A DNA stretch of 63,007 bases from Planctomycetota bacterium (GCA_029549885.1 JAKPII010000434.1:1-63007); one strand, 5' to 3'. Numbered from the stretch's first letter, positions 19,272 through 29,066 are shown. Numbers and translations are program-made. The notes: generated by a model from the letters alone, not told the origin.

Positions 19272-19441
19272 GATTGAGGTCCTGCCCAAGGGGAAGGTCC
19301 ATTGAATTCGCGTGGCACGGGCATCTTGCCCGTGCCGTTGTCCGTTGCGGTTTTGACCGCTTCTCTACAACGGGCGTGCATGTTGGCCGGTGATGCGGTC
19401 GCCGAGGACGGCGACCCTCTCAAGGCCATTGCGGCATCTTA

Positions 19442-19601
19442 GAGCCTATCGCATAATCTCCCCTACGTCCGTTTGGCGGGGGAGGGGTCGGGGGTGAGGG
19501 TGGCCCGAATTGCTGCGGGTTTTCTCGATCGATTCCGGCGTACGCTTGCCCTCACCCCAACCCTCTCCCAGAGGGAGAGGGGGACTTTTTGGGATAGGCT
19601 C
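19442..19601 (-). mobile_element. MITE-like element copy 2 (160 bp), TTA target duplication
   Basis: TTA|GAGCCTATCGCA...TGGGATAGGCTC|TTA. The right TTA (19602-19604) is the stop codon of the adjacent minus-strand gene. Confidence 0.8.
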
Positions 19602-20360
19602 TTAGTCATTGCTCGAGCTGTACCAATCGTAGGTACCCCTCCTGTAGGTTTCGCACTGGCGATCGAACGAGTCACGGTTATAGCGATAGACGTCGTCAAT
19701 CGTGTTGTTGATATCCTGCTGAGCACGGATCATCGGCAGAAACACGTTGGGGCTTAATTGCCCACCTGGCGGCATTGCGCCCACGGTATTTGCGCCTAGT
19801 GTATTTGCGCCCGCTGTAGGCTGTGAAGGCAGGGAACGCGATGGCTCTTCCGGTGGAAACATCGCCCCGATTGTCATCACAAAGAGTATTCCAAGGACAA
19901 CCATCGTCCCGATCGCCACGGGCACGGCACGTGTCGGGTCCTGGTCCACGAACTCTCGGATTATGGAACGGCGTCCTCGCCACGGGCGATAGAGCCAACA
20001 CACCATGCTGTAGGCTGCCGACTGTAATGGACTGAGGTGGCCGGTATTCGCTTGAACCTTCGCTTTATGACTCAATGGAGTTGAAGCTACTGTTTGATCC
20101 TCGGGAAGCGGTGGCGGAACATCCGGGGATGTGGCTGCGGTTGCCGCCCCAACCTGTTGACCTTCCAAGAGAGGACCAAAAGCCTGCTGCAGTTCTTCGA
20201 TCGCCCCAACAGGCTCCCATCGTGCCTGCCCCACACACCAAGCGAGCGTATTGGCGTTCACAATGCCCTCGGCAATCAGCCTTCCGATCTCCTTTTCGTC
20301 AAGCGGTCCGACAACCTTGCCTCCTATGCCGAAGAAGTAGTTCTTACTCAGTGTCGTCAT
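19602..20360 (-). CDS. GYF_2 (DUF4339) domain membrane protein
   Basis: N-terminal YFFGIGGKVVGPL...LIAEGIVNANTLAWCVGQARWEP, a Pro-rich linker and one TM helix. Confidence 0.7.
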   Translation of the reverse strand: MTTLSKNYFFGIGGKVVGPLDEKEIGRLIAEGIVNANTLAWCVGQARWEPVGAIEELQQAFGPLLEGQQVGAATAATSPDVPPPLPEDQTVASTPLSHKAKVQANTGHLSPLQSAAYSMVCWLYRPWRGRRSIIREFVDQDPTRAVPVAIGTMVVLGILFVMTIGAMFPPEEPSRSLPSQPTAGANTLGANTVGAMPPGGQLSPNVFLPMIRAQQDINNTIDDVYRYNRDSFDRQCETYRRGTYDWYSSSND

Positions 20361-20902
20361 GAATGAGTCTCCGCTACTGAGGATTTATTTGGTGTTTTGC
20401 CAAGACCTACAACCGGTGGGCCAATATCGGATGATCTCAGCGAGCCCGCGCGCTTCCTTTGGAAGATGACAGCGAGACTTTTTCCAACCAGGTGATCGAC
20501 GATTGTGAAACGAGGCTCAGTGCGCCATTTGGTGCAGAAGGCTGGTCCGTGATGACACAAGGCCGATTACCTCGAGGTCTCACTCATCCGCGCAAGACTG
20601 CACCGGTCACACAGTACCGGCCCTAATAAAAACTTAGGTCACGAAATGCCCCTCGGCTGAGGGGGTAATAATGTCAAGAAATAGCTGCCCATTTTTGGTT
20701 TGCGTGTGGCCGTTGGCGTCCGCGAAATCAGTCCGGCTTTGTCGGGAGCAACGCAGCGAACCGCTGGGACCTGCTTGGCAAACTGCCATCTGTGGTAAAG
20801 TAGATGTTTTACGGTCCAGCAATGGCTCTTGTCGCCGCGATGACAAGAGACCGTGCATGAAGGCCGGTGATTCCTCTTGCGATATCGAATAGGGGTCTAA
20901 AG

Positions 20903-21766
20903 ATGGCCATGCCGCTTGTTTTGCGTTCGGTGAAGGAGATGCGGGCTTACTCGCGGTCCGCCAAGCAGTCCGGAAGCCGTATCGGTTTTGTCCCCACCAT
21001 GGGGGCCCTCCACCGAGGACATCTCAGTTTGGTGGAGGCCGCCATGAAGGAGTGCGAGACCGTCGTTGTATCGATCTATGTCAACCCCACCCAGTTTGGT
21101 CGGGGTGAGGACTTCGATCGTTATCCGCGTAATTTGGAGGGCGATTTGAACCTGCTTGCCGACTATCGCGTGGGGGCCGTGTTCGCTCCCCTCGATAGCG
21201 AAATGTATCCCGAAGGCTTCGACACCTGGGTGCAGGTCGGTCGTATTGCCCAGCCGTGGGAAGGAACATGTCGCCCGGGACACTTTCGCGGTGTGGCCAC
21301 CGTGGTTTTGAAACTGTTTGCGATCGTCGAACCTGATCTTGCGTATTTCGGGGAAAAGGACTATCAGCAGCTTCTGGTGGTCCGACAGATGGTCCGGGAT
21401 TTGAACCTGCCGGTGGAGATTCGGGCATGCCCAACCGTCAGAGAACCCGACGGCCTGGCCATGAGTTCCCGAAACCAATATCTCTCTCCCGATGAGCGGC
21501 GTGATGCCCTGGTGCTCTTCCAAAGCCAGCAACTAGCCCAGGAACTGGTAGATCGCGGGGAGGTGGATGCAGCCAAGATCACGCAGGCTATGCGCGAGCA
21601 CATCCTCCGCGTGCCCTACGCCAAGATCGATTACGTGGCCCTTGTTGAGCCCGAAACACTTCAAGAAGTTACCACAGTGACACGTCCCGTGCGGGCCATC
21701 CTGGCCGTTCGATTGGGGGGAACCCGTTTGATCGACAACATGGAAATCAAACCCAAGACGAGCTAA
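20903..21766 (+). CDS. panC: Pantoate-beta-alanine ligase
   Basis: GFVPTMGALHRGH, VNPTQF, RPGHFRGV, FGEKDYQQ, GLAMSSRN and RLIDN. Confidence 0.97.
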   Translation: MAMPLVLRSVKEMRAYSRSAKQSGSRIGFVPTMGALHRGHLSLVEAAMKECETVVVSIYVNPTQFGRGEDFDRYPRNLEGDLNLLADYRVGAVFAPLDSEMYPEGFDTWVQVGRIAQPWEGTCRPGHFRGVATVVLKLFAIVEPDLAYFGEKDYQQLLVVRQMVRDLNLPVEIRACPTVREPDGLAMSSRNQYLSPDERRDALVLFQSQQLAQELVDRGEVDAAKITQAMREHILRVPYAKIDYVALVEPETLQEVTTVTRPVRAILAVRLGGTRLIDNMEIKPKTS

Positions 21767-21881
21767 TGCAAAATCCTGCGGCGGGCGGACTCGCGCAAGA
21801 TGGTGGGAACCAAAGCGAAGCCAAGCAGCAACAAGAGGCCGCCGCTTTTCGGGTGTTCACAACAAAAGGATTGTCGTGATC

Positions 21882-23351
21882 ATGTGGCGAACACTCCTTT
21901 ACATTCCAACTCACGTCGGCCAAATGCCCGTTTTTGGGTTCGGGCTACTTTTCTGGGCCTGGGTTATCCTCACAATCGGTCTTGTCTGGTGGCAGGTCCG
22001 TCGTCACGGCTGGACCAACGAACTGTGGAGCACGGTGGTCCTTTACGGCATCGTGGGCGTGCTCATTGTCTTGGTTCTTCCGCGAGTCACGGTCGATATC
22101 CCAGGGCTTGTCGATACCAAAAGCCAACCTGTGCGGGGCCTGCCCATCCGTGGCTATGGCTCTATGCTTCTGCTGGGCGTCGCCAGTGCCGTGGGATTGG
22201 CCATCTACCGTGCCAAACGTCGTGGTCTGTCTGTGGAATGGGTGAGCAATCTGGCCCTGTGGTGCATCATCCCGGGGATGATCGGTGCCCGGGCCTTCCA
22301 CGTGATTGAATATTGGCCGATCCATTATGGTCCCCTCTGGAAGACCGCGGGGCCCATCGCCGGTTTGATGGCCATCGCCAATGTGGCCCAAGGCGGACTG
22401 GTCGTTTATGGCTCGGTGATTGGCGGATTGCTCGGTATTGCCCTTTACGCCTGGCAACAACGAACACGGTTTTTGTCAATCCTCGATCTTTTGACTCCAT
22501 GCTTTTTGATCGGCCTGGCTTTCGGACGAATTGGCTGTTTTCTCAATGGATGTTGTTTTGGCGGGGTGTGCGAGCTTCCTTGGACCGTTCGCTTCCCGGC
22601 CGGATCGTTTGCCTATCTCAGTCAAGCGGAACAGGGGCAACTCGCCCTCTATGGCATCAAGTTTAAGGAAGACCCTCATCATCCCCAGCGACTTCCGGTG
22701 ATCCTGGAGGTCGCGGCCCAATCGGCTGCCGCTCGGGCGGGAGTGAAGCCGGGTCGCCATATCGCGGCGATTAACGGCCTTCCCCTGGCAGGGACGGAGG
22801 GAGAATCGCCCACCTCACGCCTCGTCGTGCAACTCATCGCCCTCTACGGTGATCCCGTCGTCTTGGAAGGAGGACGCGGCTGCGTCTGTTCACATGGGCC
22901 AAATGTGATTGACATCTCCAAGATATCGCGCTCCGGTGTCTCCTCGAACGCAACCCATTTGCCAGCTTCCCACTCCATCATGATCCGTATCGACACGGCC
23001 GAGGGTGATCACTACCAGTGGGAAACCACCGAAGGCCTGCCCGCCCGCAGCCTGGCCGTCCACCCCAGCCAGCTCTATAGCGCCGCCAATGCCGCCATCT
23101 TGTGCCTCTTTGTCCTGGCGTACGAGCCGTTCCGTAAGCGCGAGGGCGAACTTTTTGCCTGGTTTCTGATCCTCTACCCCGTGACCCGATTCCTTTTGGA
23201 AATCATTCGGGCTGATGAGCCGGGCAGCTACGGTGGTTTGACGATTGCCCAGGTCGTGAGCCTGGGACTGCTTGTGTGCGGGATTGCCACGTGGATCTAT
23301 CTCTGGCGATTCACACCAGGAGAGCAACCGAACCAGGCCAAGAGTCCTTAA
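21882..23351 (+). CDS. lgt: Prolipoprotein diacylglyceryl transferase with soluble (PDZ-like) insertion
   Basis: IRGYG, IGARAFHV, GGLVVYG, FGRIGCFLNGCCFG, HPSQLY and RFLLEIIR. Confidence 0.88.
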   Translation: MWRTLLYIPTHVGQMPVFGFGLLFWAWVILTIGLVWWQVRRHGWTNELWSTVVLYGIVGVLIVLVLPRVTVDIPGLVDTKSQPVRGLPIRGYGSMLLLGVASAVGLAIYRAKRRGLSVEWVSNLALWCIIPGMIGARAFHVIEYWPIHYGPLWKTAGPIAGLMAIANVAQGGLVVYGSVIGGLLGIALYAWQQRTRFLSILDLLTPCFLIGLAFGRIGCFLNGCCFGGVCELPWTVRFPAGSFAYLSQAEQGQLALYGIKFKEDPHHPQRLPVILEVAAQSAAARAGVKPGRHIAAINGLPLAGTEGESPTSRLVVQLIALYGDPVVLEGGRGCVCSHGPNVIDISKISRSGVSSNATHLPASHSIMIRIDTAEGDHYQWETTEGLPARSLAVHPSQLYSAANAAILCLFVLAYEPFRKREGELFAWFLILYPVTRFLLEIIRADEPGSYGGLTIAQVVSLGLLVCGIATWIYLWRFTPGEQPNQAKSP

Positions 23352-23462
23352 TGTCGCTTCGCTAAGGCGATCGCGTCCTGGCCCTGATCGAGCCAGTGCG
23401 ACGTTCCTTCGTATTGCGCCATCGCGTGCTGTGGTTTGGAGTGCACATCCCGGTTTAGACAC

Positions 23463-24608
23463 TCACTTTTGGGAGACCTGTCGCTCCGCCGGTATCACAT
23501 AGGGGATCGTCCCCTGCCACGTGACGCGATCCCAGGTAATCCACCACGTCCGCCCCTGATCATTATTGCCCTGATAGAACACATACGTTTGCCCATCCTC
23601 GTCAACAAAGACACCCGGATGGCCAGACTCTGAAGCATTCCACGCGTCGGGCGGACCGACCGGAATCAACGGCTCGGTGAATAATCGTTTCCAGTGGAGA
23701 CCATCGTCGCTGGCCGCCACCCCGATTTGCTGCGGCCGGTTGTTGTACGCCCCGGCATAAAACATGATGAGCTTGTCATCTCGGACCACCATGCTGGGCG
23801 CCTCGATGCAATCTTGTTCCCAGGGAAGCTCTGGTCGGAGGATCGGTCCCTCACCGCATTGTTGCCAAGCGGTGGGCCCAAGATCCGATTCGGGATCGGC
23901 CGTCGCCATACCCAGCATTTGAATCTTCATCGAGGGGTCCCGCGTGGCATAGGCCAAAAAGAGACGCCCCTTAAACGAGATCACATCGGCGTCGATCGCC
24001 CGGCCAACAGTCCACTGGCCGCTAGGGCGAAAGATCGGATTGCTGGGGTGCGGCGTAAATCGCAGGCCATCATCGGACACGGCAACGCAGATCGCGTCCC
24101 GCGGGCCGTTCCCATACGTCTGATAGAAGAGATGCAGCCGACCGCCCAAGACCTTCGCGCACGGTGCCGCCAAGCCCTTAGCATCGCATTCCTGCATGGG
24201 CAGGATCTCGCCCACCTTCTTCCACCTTCCAAGATCGCGGCTTTCGGCAATTCCCACGGCCCAGCCGTTATTAGGACGGTCCTTAGCGAACGGCGGGATC
24301 GAATAATACATTAAATACCGGTCCCCAAATCGCACCACAGACGGATCCTTGGCAAAAGGCACTCCCCGCCGGGACGTATCTCCGTAGAACGTCCGACCGT
24401 TCCGGATCTCGCAGATATATCCCGGCCCCTCGTCGCGGTAATCGGTCGATAATTCCACCGCCGGTTCGGCCCTGGGTGTTGCCTCGGCCCTAGCCATGGC
24501 GCTACCCGGACAAGTTTCTGAAGGCTCAAGCAGCACTGTAACGCTTAACGCACCCAAGCAGCTCAGCAGGATCCAACGAAGCTGAGACAATGAATGCCAA
24601 AGTTGCAT
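23463..24608 (-). CDS. Secreted five-bladed beta-propeller glycoside hydrolase (GH43/GH130/GH32-like)
   Basis: Signal-like N-terminus. Repeated AKDPSVV/EAPSMV/GHPGVF blades with SxDG.W Asp-box motifs. Confidence 0.7.
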   Translation of the reverse strand: MQLWHSLSQLRWILLSCLGALSVTVLLEPSETCPGSAMARAEATPRAEPAVELSTDYRDEGPGYICEIRNGRTFYGDTSRRGVPFAKDPSVVRFGDRYLMYYSIPPFAKDRPNNGWAVGIAESRDLGRWKKVGEILPMQECDAKGLAAPCAKVLGGRLHLFYQTYGNGPRDAICVAVSDDGLRFTPHPSNPIFRPSGQWTVGRAIDADVISFKGRLFLAYATRDPSMKIQMLGMATADPESDLGPTAWQQCGEGPILRPELPWEQDCIEAPSMVVRDDKLIMFYAGAYNNRPQQIGVAASDDGLHWKRLFTEPLIPVGPPDAWNASESGHPGVFVDEDGQTYVFYQGNNDQGRTWWITWDRVTWQGTIPYVIPAERQVSQK

Positions 24609-24655
24609 ATTCTCCTCACAATGAAATTCACGGCTGGTGGGTGGTCACACACTTA

Positions 24656-24808
24656 GAACCCATCCCATAATCTCCCCCTCGCCCGTTCGGTGGGAGAGGG
24701 GGACCTTTTGGGATAGGCTCTAAATGACGGACGCGGGGGACCGCGTCCCTCCCTGCCCTCACCCCAACCCTCTCCCGGAGGGAGAGGGGGACTTTTTGGG
24801 ATAGGCTC
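24656..24808 (-). mobile_element. Two truncated MITE copies (24656-24720; 24754-24808) with an intervening GGACGCGGGGGACCGCGTCC hairpin
   Basis: Both end in TTTTGGGATAGGCTC followed by TAA or TTA. The first begins TTA|GAACCCATCCCA. Confidence 0.7.
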
Positions 24809-25007
24809 TTACGACCGACTGTGGCCGTCACGATTGCGGCCCCTCTCCTGACCGCCTCGCCCGGTGCCACCCTAAGGCCGAACTGGCACCCCTCGCAACC
24901 GTGCCAATCAAACACCACGGGGCACGCGAAGATTCGATGTGCCTCGGATCACACCGGTTGCGCCGTAGCAGATCATTATAACTGAGCCACCTTGGAGACG
25001 ACGGTGC

Positions 25008-25100
25008 ACGTCCTTCCGGGTTCAACAATGGGCAACGACGGGGGGGTTGCCCCTAGCAATTGATGGCCCCCTGCTGGAGGCCCATCGACCATCGTGGCCA
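25008..25100 (+). repeat. Left copy of ~92-bp REP-containing direct repeat flanking the NO-defence cassette
   Basis: ACGTCCTTCCGGGTTC..GGGCAAC..TTGCCCCTA.CAATTGATGG..GAGGCCCATCGA..GGCCA aligns end to end with 29067-29158. Confidence 0.8.
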
Positions 25101-25146
25101 ACTGGCTCTGAGTTTTCCCAAGAAGGTGGTCTCTATCCGCGGGCGA

Positions 25147-27438
25147 TCAACCCTGCTCCGACCCCTGAGCCGTGCGTAACCGTGGAAACGTCCGCAGCAA
25201 AAAGTACAGCAACGGCAGGGCACCGACAACGATAATGATTGTGTCGGGGATGATGCGGAAGTTACCGAGGGCCTGGATCAAGGGCATCTCGTAAAAGGCG
25301 GCACTTCGTCCCCACCAAAAGCCGTTCGCATAGGCATGATAAACCTGGAGCAAACCGATAGGCAGTAACCCGGTGAGGAACATCAAGAACAGGCCAGCAT
25401 TCAGGCCCCAAAAGCTGATTTTGAGAATCCGGTCGTTCCATGCCGAGTTCTCGACCAGCCCACGCCAAGAGAAAAGGATCACGGCAATTGCCAGCATTCC
25501 GTACACGCCGAAGAGCGCGGTGTGTCCGTGATTACTGGTCAAGTATGTGGCGTGCTCGTAGTAGTTGATCAAAGGCAAGTTGATCATGAAGCCGAAGACG
25601 CCTGCCCCCAAGAAATTCCAAAAACTTGAGGCGGTGAGGAAATAGAGTGGCCAACGATAAGGGAACTCGTGGCCTGCCTCACGGATCGACTTGTACTCCA
25701 TCCACGCCCGCACGACCAAGAGTATCAGCGGAATGGGTTCAAGAGAGCTAAAGACCCCACCGATGGCCAGCCAAAAACTCGGTCCACCGTACCAGAAATA
25801 GTGATGGGCCGTTCCCGGGATGCCACTCAAAAAGACGAGAATGGCCGTCAGATAGGCAACCCGCAGGGCCGACTTAGCGGTAACGAGGCCAAGTGTCACG
25901 AGAAAGAGCGAGATAACGGCCACCCCAAAGAACTCAAAAATACTTTCCACCCAGATGTGAACGACAAACCAGCGCCAATAATCCGCGATCGTCAAATGTG
26001 TTCCTCGCCCGTAAAGCAAACCAAACCCAAAAAACAGGACGACAAATGTCCCGCTAAATAGGTAAAAGAGGATAAGTGCCCGCCGGTGGGCATCTTCCTC
26101 TGTGTCTGCCTGGTTCTGATTGCGGCGTAGGCCTGGCGCGATGGCACGATAGACGATCACAAGCCAGTAGATCAATCCGCCAAACAGGAGAATCTGCCAT
26201 AGTCGTCCCAATTCGAGATATTCCCAACCTTGATGCCCCAACCAGAACCAAGCACTCGGTCCTAAGTGCGTCAAGTAACCTTTAATGCCCAGCACCTCAC
26301 CGATCAGGCTTGCCACCGTCACGGCAACGGCGGCAACAAACAGGATATTGACAAGCAGGCGCTGGCCCTTCGGTTCTCGACCCCCGACAAGCGGCGCCAG
26401 GTAAATGGCCGTACCCATCCATGAAATAGCAATCCACAACACCGCCAATTGCAGGTGCCAGGTCTTGGCCCAGCTATAAGGGTACATTTGTCCCACAATT
26501 TCGACATAGAACTTTCCCGGATGAACCGTGTAATGGGCAAGCAGGCCACCATTGAGGATCTGCACAATAAACAGCAACCCGGCCACCAAGAAGAACTTAG
26601 CGCTGGCCCGCTGGCTAGGAGTTACCGGCGTCTTCATAAGTCGGTAAGCCGCCTCGACGGCCCGCGATTCACCATAAAAGAACTCGTACCGATGGACAAT
26701 GTACACCACAAGGCCCAGGACCACAAAGAGTGCCAGGACCGACAAAATGCTATAAAGCACCGCCTCACTTGATGCACGGTTACCGACGGTGATATCAGGA
26801 GGCCAGTTGTTGGTGTAACTGTAGTCCAGACCCGGCCGAGGCGTCACCGCAGCCCAAGCAGTCCAAAAGAAAAAGGCCGCAATGTCACGTCGCTCTTGCT
26901 CAGAGGGAATGGTGTTGGGCAGAAAACCATAATGGGAATCTCCCTGGCCAAACGTCTTGTCCCAGAATTTTTCCAGTTGCCGAAAAGCGTATGCCTGAGC
27001 CTCGGTGAGTTCCAACGTGCCTGTCTCCGCATTGTAGCGGTTATGCTTCAACTCTTGGATGACGAGCATGTCGGTTTGATCGAGCTCCCGACGCGGTGCG
27101 GGCGGCAGTTGCTCCCAAAGATTCTCGTCAGATCTGCCGTTTCCTAAATGCCACTGCCGCACCAAATAACCGAGGAGATGCAGGGTGTACGCCGAAAAAT
27201 CCATTCCCCGCAAAGAACCGTGGCCCCACACACTGCCGTGGTCCATCAATCCATATCGCTGGTACACATCCTGACCGCGCATGATGGCCTCATGGTCAGC
27301 AAGCACTTGGCCTTGCCACTCGATCTTCTTGGGAATCGGCGGAACATGGTCCACCGCGAAGAATCCGCCCACCAAAAGGAGGGCCATACCCACCAGAAAG
27401 CTCACGACGGCACCATTTCGCAAACTTCGCATGCCCAT
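25147..27438 (-). CDS. norZ: Quinol-dependent single-subunit nitric oxide reductase (qNor)
   Basis: GSVWGHG, YSYTNNWP, TWHLQL, QGWEYLELGRLWQ, WFVVHIWVE, GTAHHYFW and NHGHTALFGVYG (heme-copper oxidase His ligands); 763 aa. Confidence 0.92.
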   Translation of the reverse strand: MGMRSLRNGAVVSFLVGMALLLVGGFFAVDHVPPIPKKIEWQGQVLADHEAIMRGQDVYQRYGLMDHGSVWGHGSLRGMDFSAYTLHLLGYLVRQWHLGNGRSDENLWEQLPPAPRRELDQTDMLVIQELKHNRYNAETGTLELTEAQAYAFRQLEKFWDKTFGQGDSHYGFLPNTIPSEQERRDIAAFFFWTAWAAVTPRPGLDYSYTNNWPPDITVGNRASSEAVLYSILSVLALFVVLGLVVYIVHRYEFFYGESRAVEAAYRLMKTPVTPSQRASAKFFLVAGLLFIVQILNGGLLAHYTVHPGKFYVEIVGQMYPYSWAKTWHLQLAVLWIAISWMGTAIYLAPLVGGREPKGQRLLVNILFVAAVAVTVASLIGEVLGIKGYLTHLGPSAWFWLGHQGWEYLELGRLWQILLFGGLIYWLVIVYRAIAPGLRRNQNQADTEEDAHRRALILFYLFSGTFVVLFFGFGLLYGRGTHLTIADYWRWFVVHIWVESIFEFFGVAVISLFLVTLGLVTAKSALRVAYLTAILVFLSGIPGTAHHYFWYGGPSFWLAIGGVFSSLEPIPLILLVVRAWMEYKSIREAGHEFPYRWPLYFLTASSFWNFLGAGVFGFMINLPLINYYEHATYLTSNHGHTALFGVYGMLAIAVILFSWRGLVENSAWNDRILKISFWGLNAGLFLMFLTGLLPIGLLQVYHAYANGFWWGRSAAFYEMPLIQALGNFRIIPDTIIIVVGALPLLYFLLRTFPRLRTAQGSEQG

Positions 27439-27710
27439 GACATCAACCTCCTTCTGTCGGTCACTCTGTTACACTCACCTTCAACACTACGAGGGCCATA
27501 CACACGCACCGTGTTTAGGTCATCCCAACCCCTGTTTGGTCGTTCCCTTGTGTGCCATGCTGGTGTTGACCGTTACGCCTGACACCTACCGCGGGCATGG
27601 GGAAACTCTTCATCCGCCACCCGCTGTTCAATTTGCGATAATGTCTTTTCACAAATCACTCGCTGATGTGCGATTCAAATATCCCCTTTGCGACTTATGC
27701 ATGGGTTCGC

Positions 27711-28310
27711 CTAGTGGCAACAAAAGAAGTCGCCGGAACGGGGGATGCTCTGCTTGTCAATTCCGTATCGCTCCATCAGGCTCTCGGCGAGCTGAACATA
27801 TTTTTCGTGAACGTGCTCACCCACGTGCTCTTTTTCAACTGCCTCAAACTCCGAAAGGAGCTGTGCCTGGGCGTCTTCCTCGATGGTGCGCTCGGCGAGG
27901 ACGAAGAGGACGTTATCCTCCTTTCCAATGTGCTCGCGCAAGAGAGCGACGTAACGCCGTGCCGCCGTAACAAACGTACTTAAAGCCGCTTCCGGCGCGT
28001 GATCTAGTTCGCCAAGTGCCCGATCCATATCCCGAACACATTCCCGCCCCATTTCGTGCTCCGCCAACATGACCCCCGTCGGGCCACCCTGGCGGGGAAA
28101 ACCCCTGGCTTCTAAAGCCGGAAAGAGCCGATCCTCCTCCTTAGCGTGATGGCAACGGTCGGCAAAGTGTCGGATAAAATCGATCACCTGACGTGCGGAT
28201 TCGACATCGACCGATTTGCTCGCCTCGGCCTGGGTGGCCATCTTTTCCAGCACGGCCAAAACCTGCTCAATCACTCGATGTTCTGCTCGCAAGATATCGG
28301 TAGGTTTCAT
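27711..28310 (-). CDS. Hemerythrin/HHE cation-binding domain protein
   Basis: EHRVI, HHAKEE, EHEMGR and HIGKEDNVLF di-iron ligand pattern. Confidence 0.88.
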   Translation of the reverse strand: MKPTDILRAEHRVIEQVLAVLEKMATQAEASKSVDVESARQVIDFIRHFADRCHHAKEEDRLFPALEARGFPRQGGPTGVMLAEHEMGRECVRDMDRALGELDHAPEAALSTFVTAARRYVALLREHIGKEDNVLFVLAERTIEEDAQAQLLSEFEAVEKEHVGEHVHEKYVQLAESLMERYGIDKQSIPRSGDFFCCH

Positions 28311-28486
28311 TTGATCCTCTCCTTATCAAGGTCAACTAAACTGCAACACCCAGAATCGTTCAGTGAAACGCCTTGCGTTCCAAAAACGGCACTCGGTCTG
28401 CCCGCAGCCCCAAAACCCACGGGAAGGTTTTTGGCTCTTTGGCGAGACTCCGCGATCACGGTTTGCCAAGCCTTGTTGGCTGGTTT

Positions 28487-28511
28487 ATAAGTGAATCGCA
28501 TGTGGTTATCC
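28487..28511. promoter_or_regulatory. Putative second Rrf2 operator upstream of the hemerythrin gene
   Basis: ATAAGTGAATCGCATGTGGTTATCC closely matches the reverse complement of the site at 29003-29028 (ATAAGTATAATCACATGTGATTATCC). Confidence 0.6.
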
Positions 28512-28560
28512 TATTCAATCTCAAAAAAACTGAACACCTTTACCACACCTCGACTTAACA

Positions 28561-28986
28561 TCATGATCTACAGCTTGGCGACTCCCTTCGTTGCGCGACC
28601 AATTCATCAAGCGTTGTTGTCCGCAAGAATTCCAGATAGACGGCCCGCACCTTGGCCCATCGTACATGGACGGGGCAAGGGGCCTCATCGGAACAGCGAG
28701 ATCGTCCTAACAAACAACCCTCCCATCGGCTGACGCGATCCAGGGGCTCGACAACGTCGTAGATGGTGATCCTTTCTGGTGGACGGGCCAAACGAAATCC
28801 GCCGCCTTTTCCCCGCTGGGATTCCAATAATCCCTCGTCCGCCAGCCGCTGCAGGAGCTTGCCCAGGTAATTGCGAGGGGCCTTGATTTGCTTGGCCAGT
28901 TCCGCGGTTCCCGCATATTGGTCCGGCGGCATTTCTGCCAGAATCATTAACGCCCTCAGTCCGTGGATTGCTGTTCGGGAGATCAT
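28561..28986 (-). CDS. Rrf2-family Fe-S transcriptional regulator (IscR/NsrR-like)
   Basis: Winged-HTH YLGKLLQRL..GLLESQRGKGGGFRLAR and C-X6-C-X5-C-X2-H (CLLGRSRCSDEAPCPVH). Confidence 0.9.
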   Translation of the reverse strand: MISRTAIHGLRALMILAEMPPDQYAGTAELAKQIKAPRNYLGKLLQRLADEGLLESQRGKGGGFRLARPPERITIYDVVEPLDRVSRWEGCLLGRSRCSDEAPCPVHVRWAKVRAVYLEFLRTTTLDELVAQRRESPSCRS

Positions 28987-29004
28987 GTCAACCTTAATTT
29001 ATGG

Positions 29005-29045
29005 ATAATCACATGTGATTATACTTATATTTCGAACTCTGTCAA
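29005..29045 (-). promoter_or_regulatory. Consensus sigma70 promoter with overlapping 18-bp perfect palindrome (putative autoregulatory operator)
   Basis: Minus strand TTGACA(29045-29040)-N16-TATAAT(29023-29018). The palindrome ATAATCACATGTGATTAT at 29005-29022 covers the -10 element and the expected +1. Confidence 0.75.
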
Positions 29046-29066
29046 GTCAAAAATTCGCCGCGGCAT

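Noticed and set aside
18520-19302. Short ORFs across the CRISPR/REP region as possible toxins or anti-CRISPRs
   Set aside because: They consist of translated repeats and leader, with no convincing RBS or protein-like composition.
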